From positions 1-35,167 of the IMG/VR virus record IMGVR_UViG_3300017589_000285: DNA of 35,167 bases, one strand, 5' to 3'. A program made the position numbers and the translations under genes. Positions 1 to 6,655 of the stretch are shown in pieces; position 1 is the stretch's first letter, and the number at the start of each line of letters is the position of its first letter. The notes below the pieces were generated by a model. It ran no database searches and was not told where the DNA came from. It saw only the letters and a program-made list of their open reading frames with translations. The stretch comes from a virus. Lineage: Duplodnaviria; Caudoviricetes.

Positions 1-297
1 AGCGACGAGCATTCCTTTTTTCGCAAAAGGATTATTCCCACTGATTATTTGTGCGATATACTCTTTTGCTAATTTACGTGCTGCCGACAACGATATCTGT
101 TCAGTTGAAGCAAATGTTTTGGAGAATTTCTTGCCACTTCTTGGTATGTGAATGCGTATCATATATGACTTACGGCCACCAGAATTTACGCATAATAAAA
201 GGCCCGGGAGTTTCGTGTCGTTGTAATACTCGTAATGTTTTCCTTTTGAAACAGTAACAGTTTTTACTAGCTCAGGTGTTAGTTCAACTGTTGGCAT
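1..297 (-). CDS. int: Tyrosine integrase, N-terminal arm-DNA-binding domain (partial, runs off the left edge)
   Basis: Hand translation from ATG 297 (AGGAGA RBS): MPTVELTPELVKTV...YYNDTKLPGLLLCVNSGGRKSYMIR...ISLSAARKLAKEYIAQIISGNNP. Matches the DxxxPGLxLxVxxxGxKS...SLxxAR...GxNP pattern of arm-binding integrases; adjacent to a tRNA-fragment att core. Confidence 0.85.
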   Translation of the reverse strand, partial: MPTVELTPELVKTVTVSKGKHYEYYNDTKLPGLLLCVNSGGRKSYMIRIHIPRSGKKFSKTFASTEQISLSAARKLAKEYIAQIISGNNPFAKKGMLVA

Positions 298-320
298 TAA
301 GCATTCTCCTTATGATAAAA

Positions 321-339
321 ATTCTACATCTATTCTACA
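321..339. repeat. Direct repeat ATTCTACA x2, candidate integrase arm-type sites
   Basis: Copies at 321-328 and 332-339, 11-bp period, between int and the att core. Confidence 0.5.
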
Positions 340-486
340 CTAAAAAATTATAACATCTTTCGTCTTATTGCACTAATTTTCATAAGATTTAACAGCCATA
401 GACTACGTATGCAACTAGTTTTATTGATGTTTCAACAGAGCCAGTCAAGGTCCTTGCTATCACGTCATTTAGATCGTTTTAACAAT

Positions 487-532
487 CATGGTAAGGATGG
501 GGTCTCCGGTCCGAGTCCGGAAGGCGGCTCCA
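487..532 (+). other. att core: 3' half of tRNA-Thr(GGT), not an intact tRNA
   Basis: CATGGTAAGGATGGGGTCTCCGGTCCGAGTCCGGAAGGCGGCTCCA = anticodon loop (GGT), variable region, T-arm TCCGG/CCGGA, acceptor 3' strand and CCA. No D-arm or 5' acceptor strand upstream. Confidence 0.85.
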
Positions 533-541
533 TGATATCAC

Positions 542-579
542 AAGCTCCGCAGGCATTCGCCCGCGGAGCTTTTTATTTT
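542..579 (+). terminator. Intrinsic terminator after the tRNA fragment
   Basis: Stem AAGCTCCGC/GCGGAGCTT followed by TTTATTTT. Confidence 0.8.
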
Positions 580-600
580 CTGTCTTTCACCTGTCTTTCA
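580..600. repeat. Direct repeat CTGTCTTTCA x2, candidate arm-type sites
   Basis: Copies at 580-589 and 591-600, 11-bp period. Confidence 0.55.
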
Positions 601-621
601 TTCAGATAGATAAAAGCCACC

Positions 622-870
622 CTATAACCGTGGGAACATAGCGCAGATAAATAAAACACAAAATAATATCCCGGCAAACAGAAACCAATAATCCAACATT
701 TTTTTATTCCTCATTCTGGCGATGCGTGAGAAAACATATCCATAAGGTCGTCCTCTAAATAGCAGCTCGTTGTCGAGGCAATTCAAACACTGTCTCAAAT
801 CTTCGTTTGCCGTAATTAGGTATTTTATTTTCCTGATAAGTTCTTTCTGTTCATCACTCAGATCAGGCAC
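622..870 (-). CDS. Small protein with C-terminal transmembrane helix (lysis-module accessory)
   Basis: AGGAGG RBS before GTG; hydrophobic C-terminus YWFLFAGILFCVLFICAMF. Confidence 0.65.
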   Translation of the reverse strand: MPDLSDEQKELIRKIKYLITANEDLRQCLNCLDNELLFRGRPYGYVFSRIARMRNKKMLDYWFLFAGILFCVLFICAMFPRL

Positions 871-884
871 AACCTCGCCTCCTA

Positions 885-1361
885 TTAAAATTTAACAAGG
901 CTATAGGTTATTCCGAAACCTACAACGGCCTGCCCTGTGTGATCGACTCCGGCACATACACCGATGCCCCAGCGTTTGCGTTTTTCGGTTGAAAACTTTT
1001 TATCTAGTGCAGTATTTTCACTATATAGGTTTTTGACTTGTGTTTGCCATTCGGATCGCTCTGCAAGGCGGTTTGTGTTAAGGTCTTCGATAGCAGCAAT
1101 AAGTTTGTCAATCTGCATATCCTTTAACTCTGCGATCTCTCGTAAGGCTAATATCTCCGCTGATTGAGTATCTATAAGCTCTAAAGTATCTCTCCCGTCC
1201 TTGACGGGGACAATATACGCGGGCTCAGTTAGTTGCGTCCCCGGAAACGATATTTTGATTGTGCCTAGATTCTCTGTATTCGCCGATGCGGGTATTCCAG
1301 GCAGCAGCAACATCATCATTATTAAGATCAGCGACAGCTTTCGCAGCTTTATTCTTCGCAT
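885..1361 (-). CDS. Secreted coiled-coil protein with C-terminal beta-hairpin; outer spanin-like candidate
   Basis: AGGAGGTG RBS, signal peptide ending ASA, heptad-rich middle, C-terminus WGIGVCAG...VGFGITYSLVKF; overlaps the upstream gene like Rz/Rz1. Confidence 0.6.
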   Translation of the reverse strand: MRRIKLRKLSLILIMMMLLLPGIPASANTENLGTIKISFPGTQLTEPAYIVPVKDGRDTLELIDTQSAEILALREIAELKDMQIDKLIAAIEDLNTNRLAERSEWQTQVKNLYSENTALDKKFSTEKRKRWGIGVCAGVDHTGQAVVGFGITYSLVKF

Positions 1362-1611
1362 GACGGACCACCTCCTCTTCTTTGGAGCGTTGAAGATTTA
1401 TATCTTGAATAAGATCTTTTATCCTCGCTGCGGAAATGTCGGCAGATATCGCTGCAACCGGAAATGGCGGCATATATTCAGGCTTTGTCTTATGATGCGT
1501 TATATAAAATACTGCACCAGCGACGATCGACAGTATAAGGACCAATAAGATAGACAAAGTCCCTTTATTCTCGCGGATCCAGCTCTTGACTTCCATTACC
1601 GTTATTTCCAT
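1225..1611 (-). CDS. Inner-membrane spanin (Rz-like) candidate
   Basis: Single N-terminal TM (TLSILLVLILSIVAGAVFYI) followed by a helical region; lies after the holin. Start is likely 1611 or 1596 rather than 1683. Confidence 0.6.
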   Translation of the reverse strand: MEITVMEVKSWIRENKGTLSILLVLILSIVAGAVFYITHHKTKPEYMPPFPVAAISADISAARIKDLIQDINLQRSKEEEVVRHAKNKAAKAVADLNNDDVAAAWNTRIGEYRESRHNQNIVSGDATN

Positions 1612-2020
1612 GATCAGGATCATCTCCCTGGGGGTTATTTGTGTTGTTCTGTTGCTGTCCAAATATATCGTTGCCGTATCCACCGTAGTAACCGCCTTGT
1701 CCGTATCGTTGCCATAATATTTTGTCTATTATGTTATCTGCCCATTTTTTACCCCTAGAAAGCCCTACAAACAAAACAAACATAGCGCAGATATGATTTC
1801 CTCCGCTAAGCCAGAGCGCGCCCAATACAAGGGTCATACCGTAGATCAAATCACTTACCAGTCCAACAATGAGTTTAGCCAGGTTGAATGGTTCTTTTTT
1901 CCAATGCCGCTCGAGATATCCGCACAGCGATATGATGAGCGAGGCCATCATGTACGGCACGTAAAGAATTAGTATTTTTTGTAAGGAGTCGCATGCATTA
2001 TTCCACTCGCTCTGGCTCAT
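1565..2020 (-). CDS. Holin-like membrane protein
   Basis: About three hydrophobic segments and a hydrophilic tail; directly after the endolysins. Confidence 0.65.
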   Translation of the reverse strand: MSQSEWNNACDSLQKILILYVPYMMASLIISLCGYLERHWKKEPFNLAKLIVGLVSDLIYGMTLVLGALWLSGGNHICAMFVLFVGLSRGKKWADNIIDKILWQRYGQGGYYGGYGNDIFGQQQNNTNNPQGDDPDHGNNGNGSQELDPRE

Positions 2021-2034
2021 CCATCATTTCCCCC

Positions 2035-2628
2035 TCACTGTATAGCCCTGCACCAATTCTGTATGCCTCTGCCAAGCGCTGCGGCTATATCTGGATAGTT
2101 GTTAGGATTCCCGAGCCATTTCTCTTCTGCCGGATTGCTCAAAAACGCCAACTCAAAAAGAGCTTTTGGTAAGCTTTTTGGTGCTGACTTTAGAACTAGC
2201 AGCTCCATTTCTTTGTCCAGATCTCCGTCGCGGAGGTCTGCACGTAGCCTCATATTATGAAATGAGGATCGATAGCTTTTTAATAGCTCTTCTGCCAGGA
2301 GATCAGAAGCGTCTTGTCCCGGCAACGTGAAGCACTCATAGCCACTGACTCTTGAGTCAGCTACTGAATTACCGTGAAGAGACAACATACAATTAGCCTG
2401 CAGGCGTTCGGCCATAGCTCCGCGGGTTCTTAAATCAGCAGCGCGGTCAGATTTTATAACACATAGATCTGTATTACGCGTCAAATAAACGGTGTCGCCG
2501 TGCGCTTCGAGCCAACTTTTAAGAACAAATGCGACACGCAGAACAACTATTCGTTCTTCTATCCCTAATATGCGCCCCTTCGCCCCTGTGTGGGGGATAC
2601 CATGCCCTGGATCGAGAAGGATCTTCAT
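2035..2628 (-). CDS. N-acetylmuramoyl-L-alanine amidase (Amidase_3 endolysin)
   Basis: ILLDPGHG, E, LTR, LSLHGNS and ELAFLSNPAE motifs. Confidence 0.92.
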   Translation of the reverse strand: MKILLDPGHGIPHTGAKGRILGIEERIVVLRVAFVLKSWLEAHGDTVYLTRNTDLCVIKSDRAADLRTRGAMAERLQANCMLSLHGNSVADSRVSGYECFTLPGQDASDLLAEELLKSYRSSFHNMRLRADLRDGDLDKEMELLVLKSAPKSLPKALFELAFLSNPAEEKWLGNPNNYPDIAAALGRGIQNWCRAIQ

Positions 2629-3227
2629 TTGATAATCACCGCCTCAATGATTTTTATCTGCCATGGTTCCAAATAGCCTTTTTTACGTGCGTAGTTGAGA
2701 GAAGTTCTCAATTGCCCGGTATAAAGTAGCGTTTTTTCAAGTTCTACTGCTTTTTTCGCTAATTTCTCGAAATACTTGTGGTCGGTCGCCCAATTTCCTA
2801 ATCTTCCACGATAAAACCCTGCGAAATAGCCCCAGACGTTGTCAATACGACTTAAAGGATAGTCAGCACCTATCTTTTTTGCATAATCGCTTAAAAAGGC
2901 TTGTGGTGTGGCATATTTTCGGAAATATGAGACTTTTTGAAAATAGACGCCGTTTTTGGATTCAGGGCTGGACATTTCGACAAAAGGGTTGTTTTTTCGC
3001 CATGACAGAGGGGCTTTTATCCCTGCGCCGTTATTTGCCACTCGCCATAAAGGGCTTGTCCAATGTCCAGTTTCCAGTGCGCTCTGGGCCGTGGCGGCGA
3101 ACGCATTTATTTCTCTTTGCTTTTGAGCTAGCTCGTAAAAAGTTTTAATCTCCATAGCCTGAGCATTTGAGCATAAAAAAAGAGCGGTCAAAAAAGCGAC
3201 CGCCCCTACGATTGGTTTGCTTTTCAT
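2625..3227 (-). CDS. GH73 glucosaminidase-family peptidoglycan hydrolase with signal peptide
   Basis: AQSALETG, NNxxGIKA, FRKY and WATDxxY motifs; signal peptide MKSKPIVGAVAFLTALFLCSNAQA if started at 3227. Confidence 0.85.
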   Translation of the reverse strand: MKSKPIVGAVAFLTALFLCSNAQAMEIKTFYELAQKQREINAFAATAQSALETGHWTSPLWRVANNGAGIKAPLSWRKNNPFVEMSSPESKNGVYFQKVSYFRKYATPQAFLSDYAKKIGADYPLSRIDNVWGYFAGFYRGRLGNWATDHKYFEKLAKKAVELEKTLLYTGQLRTSLNYARKKGYLEPWQIKIIEAVIIK

Positions 3228-3244
3228 TTTGCTACCTACATCTT

Positions 3245-3760
3245 CTAGGATGTTTCTTTTACGTCTAGCTCGTTCCACACGATAGCTTCTACTTGTTCCT
3301 TTGTTGTTGCCTCTCTCACCGCAACCTCTAATCTCTGCTGATACCCCAGAAGTGATGTCATAGCCTGTTCAGCTTCTACTACGTTTGCTATAATCTTTTT
3401 AGCGAGGTCGGTTGGAGTGAACTTAGTTGAAGAACCTTTCGCACGTTCCAAAGCAATAGCTGTGACATAGGCTGAATCCTCAGTTGACCGCCCTGCAAGA
3501 ATATCCTTAGCCCCAAGCTTCTGACGTTCAAAGGAAGCTATCTCACCCAGCGTATATCCTTCTTGCATCTGATTAAACAACTCATTAGATATGCCCTGTA
3601 TCTCTGCTGTCTTAGCCTCTTTAAGTTCATCTAGCGTGATTTCATCGGGAACGTCAATAACAGGTGGATGTAATTCACTCCACTCTTGTAATGTAAAATA
3701 GCCATCTGGCTGAACTTTCCAAACTTCAGCGTTGCCTGTTGGACTATAAAAATTAGGCAT
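3245..3760 (-). CDS. Tail fibre assembly/chaperone-like protein
   Basis: Follows the fibre gene; TLDELKEAKTAEI and ATTKEQVEAIVW motifs typical of this class. Confidence 0.6.
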   Translation of the reverse strand: MPNFYSPTGNAEVWKVQPDGYFTLQEWSELHPPVIDVPDEITLDELKEAKTAEIQGISNELFNQMQEGYTLGEIASFERQKLGAKDILAGRSTEDSAYVTAIALERAKGSSTKFTPTDLAKKIIANVVEAEQAMTSLLGYQQRLEVAVREATTKEQVEAIVWNELDVKETS

Positions 3761-3772
3761 AATTATCCCTCC

Positions 3773-4675
3773 TTAATACCAAATTATACAAAGACCCGGT
3801 GCCCCGGAGCCTCCATCATAGGTGTTATCTCCACCCAGTCCACCTGCTCCGATTGTTACTGTATAGGTATCGCCACCAACAACAGGCACAGCTACGGCAT
3901 AAAGACATCCTCCGCCTGTGGCTTGCCCTAGATTCCCAGAGGAATTTACGCTTACGCCGTCATATACAGTATTGACCGTCTGGTAAGAACCGCCACCACT
4001 ATGCCCATGTCCAGTGGCGGAAGTGGCAACTTTAGTTCCAGAGCTGCCCTTTGCTCCAGGAAGACCGACCATAAAACTACTTTTAAGTATCGGAAATACA
4101 GTTGAGCTTGTAATGGTTGCTGCGGCAGACACGGTGGTTTTTCCACCTAAGCCACCGGCTGAAGTTAATAGTGTGCCGAAAGAGCTATCTCCGCCATTTT
4201 GCCCTGATGTCAGTGAAGTTGAACCATTAGTACCCTGTCCGCCACCGCCACCTCCTATAAGTAGCACCTTTATATGTGTAGTCCCTTCCTGGCAAGTCCA
4301 TGAACCAGAAGAGGTGAATACAACCTGACCGTGAGCCGTCCTTGTATCAACCAGTGTTCCTGTTCCTGTGTAGGCAATCACTACCGTTTTACCCGCATCG
4401 GCAGCGTTGAAAAGTATTGTTCCTGTGTTCCAGCTGTCGTCGTCATCCGCACCTGTGCTGTAGTCCGGCCAGAATTCGCCGGATGCAGGGGCAGCGCTGA
4501 CTTCATTTCCTGCCGCACCGGCAATAGTTAGGCTGATAGATGATGGAGTTTCTTTCATTGGCACTTCGTTAAGCCTGATTATGTAAGGCGAAGCGCTCGG
4601 AATGACGTGCGTTTCTCCTGTTATAGCAACCGCCGTGCTGATGTTATCGAATGGATTATATCTATAATCGTTCAC
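3773..4675 (-). CDS. Tail fibre / receptor-binding protein with glycine-rich domain
   Basis: VFTSSGSWT...IKVLLIGGGGGG...YTVTIGAGG...GAPGLCIIWY glycine-rich domain; position after the tail tip gene. Confidence 0.75.
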   Translation of the reverse strand: MNDYRYNPFDNISTAVAITGETHVIPSASPYIIRLNEVPMKETPSSISLTIAGAAGNEVSAAPASGEFWPDYSTGADDDDSWNTGTILFNAADAGKTVVIAYTGTGTLVDTRTAHGQVVFTSSGSWTCQEGTTHIKVLLIGGGGGGQGTNGSTSLTSGQNGGDSSFGTLLTSAGGLGGKTTVSAAATITSSTVFPILKSSFMVGLPGAKGSSGTKVATSATGHGHSGGGSYQTVNTVYDGVSVNSSGNLGQATGGGCLYAVAVPVVGGDTYTVTIGAGGLGGDNTYDGGSGAPGLCIIWY

Positions 4676-4686
4676 ATCTTTGCCCC

Positions 4687-5895
4687 CTATCCTGTAGCTA
4701 ACTGTGTGTTGTTTCCACGCTGTAACAACTCTACGTTTTTTGCATCGCGCGTCATTTTAAGAATAATTTGATCAATTCCTTTGACATATTCGCCAAGCTC
4801 CATGGTCATGGTTATGCCTTCGCCGGACGCCTTGTATTTGACTTTTTGTATCGGGTAGTCGTAATACGTTGTGCCGTCAAAAGTTGTAATGCGGGCTATG
4901 CCTTCTGCCTTAATTTTTCGCCGGATAATCTCAGGCTTTATTTTGTCGATCTTCGCCGTGCGTTTCGGTGTTTTAGCCTTGTCAAGTTCGTTGTCGCCCC
5001 ACCGCGTGGCGTCTGTCTCTGAATAGGCGGATGGGATGCTAAGCACGGCGGCTCGTTTACCGTATGCGGCAATACTGGTTGCGTCTGAGCATTCGTACAT
5101 TATGTTAGAGCCGCCTGCGTCAAGTTCTCCGCCCTGGACATAAATATAATTAATTACGGTAGAAATATCCTCTTCCGGGATAAACTTCTCAACATGATGT
5201 CCGACCCAAAAGCGGCTATTCTCGTTTATGTCTGCAATTATTTCCTTAAAATAAACGTCACGGTATTCATCGACGCCATAAATAAAGTTCACCGCGAATT
5301 CAGATAATTGTTTAAGCGCGTCTTTCGCCGCAGAATAATCAAACGCCAGTGAAGACGCTGTGTAGCCGGTTGAATAGATTTTACTGGAGTTGTAACGAGC
5401 TCCGGTGTTCGGCTCAATGTTGGTTGTTACTATGTTTCGGACTATCTGAGATATTTCCGTGGTGGTATAAGCCCTGTTGACAATTACTCTTTCAAGTTGT
5501 CCGAAATAGCCGTACCCGGTGTATTCCCATATTGTTTCTGTTGTCCCGGCAACCGGGCGTGTCTGGACATATCCGCTGTACCACGGCTGAGGATCTCCGA
5601 ATAGCCGAATATCAATCCGCTGGTTGTAGGCGATTGTGATGCCGTGGTTTTCTTTAAGTTTCAAATTAAACTGTGCGCAGCCGTTCTGATTCAGCTCAAA
5701 TTCAGCGGAGATAAGTGGGGATTCCGCCATGTCAGAGACTATTGATTCTGTGCGAATACCTTCCGCATCGTAAAAGTCAATTGCGACATGCCCCGGAATA
5801 TAGGGATAATCAACAACTACTCCGCCGACATGTTGAATTGGGGAGGCAAAACGATGCCTCCCAAAACGCTTTTTACCGAATATAAAATTCGCCAT
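4687..5895 (-). CDS. Tail tip / baseplate hub (Tal-like) protein
   Basis: About 400 aa, directly after Dit; TGATG overlap suggests a start at 5895. Confidence 0.65.
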   Translation of the reverse strand: MANFIFGKKRFGRHRFASPIQHVGGVVVDYPYIPGHVAIDFYDAEGIRTESIVSDMAESPLISAEFELNQNGCAQFNLKLKENHGITIAYNQRIDIRLFGDPQPWYSGYVQTRPVAGTTETIWEYTGYGYFGQLERVIVNRAYTTTEISQIVRNIVTTNIEPNTGARYNSSKIYSTGYTASSLAFDYSAAKDALKQLSEFAVNFIYGVDEYRDVYFKEIIADINENSRFWVGHHVEKFIPEEDISTVINYIYVQGGELDAGGSNIMYECSDATSIAAYGKRAAVLSIPSAYSETDATRWGDNELDKAKTPKRTAKIDKIKPEIIRRKIKAEGIARITTFDGTTYYDYPIQKVKYKASGEGITMTMELGEYVKGIDQIILKMTRDAKNVELLQRGNNTQLATG

Positions 5896-6644
5896 CAGAT
5901 CCACCGCGCAGTGTATGTGATTTCAATCGTTGCGGCGGGCACTCCTTCATATTCAAAAACGTTCGCTCCCGATTCAAGGCTGTGGAATGTTCCGCTGAAG
6001 GCATTTAACGTGTTTGCGCCATCCCGTTCGACTGTCGCCGTCGCATTGTCTATCACAAGCACTGTGCCGGCTATTAACTGCGGATCTTGATATAAACATA
6101 GCCTCGTGTTCGTATTGTTGGTAATTTGTACAGACGGGACCGCATCAGATGCCGATATTTTAATCACCGGCGGAACATCAACATTGCCAATATTGATAAC
6201 GGTAAAAGTATGCGGCGATTCCGAAATTGTCACCGTGAAAACTTCTGCCGTTGTGCTGTAGAAAAAAGGATCATTGCATTTAAACTCAGCGGTAACAAAA
6301 CATTTTCTGTTCGCAAAACCCGTTATATATTCCTCCTTGAAGCTGTACAGCGAGGAAAGGTTAATGTATCGGGTCAGCGTGACGTATAGCTTCTGATCCC
6401 TACGGTAGAGTCTTTTTTTAAGCGCATCCATAGCAGTAAAATAAGCAGTCTGAGTGTCCTCATCAATATATATTGTCAGCGATATTGTCCTGCTGTCGAT
6501 CTTGCCGTCCCCCGTGTCAATGGATCCGTGCTGGCATGCCCTGTCAGATTCTTTACGGCGCACCGTGAAAGGCACGCCGTCTATCCAGGCATCATCCGGT
6601 AAAGTCCAGTCATCAGATCCTTTAACGATTCTTAAACTTTCCAT
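5895..6644 (-). CDS. Distal tail protein (Dit)
   Basis: After the tape measure; FKCNDPFFY and NIGNVDVPPVIKI motifs. Confidence 0.8.
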   Translation of the reverse strand: MESLRIVKGSDDWTLPDDAWIDGVPFTVRRKESDRACQHGSIDTGDGKIDSRTISLTIYIDEDTQTAYFTAMDALKKRLYRRDQKLYVTLTRYINLSSLYSFKEEYITGFANRKCFVTAEFKCNDPFFYSTTAEVFTVTISESPHTFTVINIGNVDVPPVIKISASDAVPSVQITNNTNTRLCLYQDPQLIAGTVLVIDNATATVERDGANTLNAFSGTFHSLESGANVFEYEGVPAATIEITYTARWI

Positions 6645-6655
6645 TCAGACACCTC

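Noticed and set aside
51-257. Plus-strand 68-aa ORF
   Set aside because: Antisense to the integrase 5' region.
455-532. Intact tRNA-Thr gene
   Set aside because: Upstream sequence cannot form a D-arm or pair with the acceptor or anticodon stems.
409-609. Plus-strand 66-aa ORF
   Set aside because: No RBS; crosses the att core and terminator.
3245-4675. Diversity-generating retroelement or shufflon acting on the tail fibre
   Set aside because: No reverse transcriptase in the window; I saw no template/variable repeat or inverted fibre cassettes.
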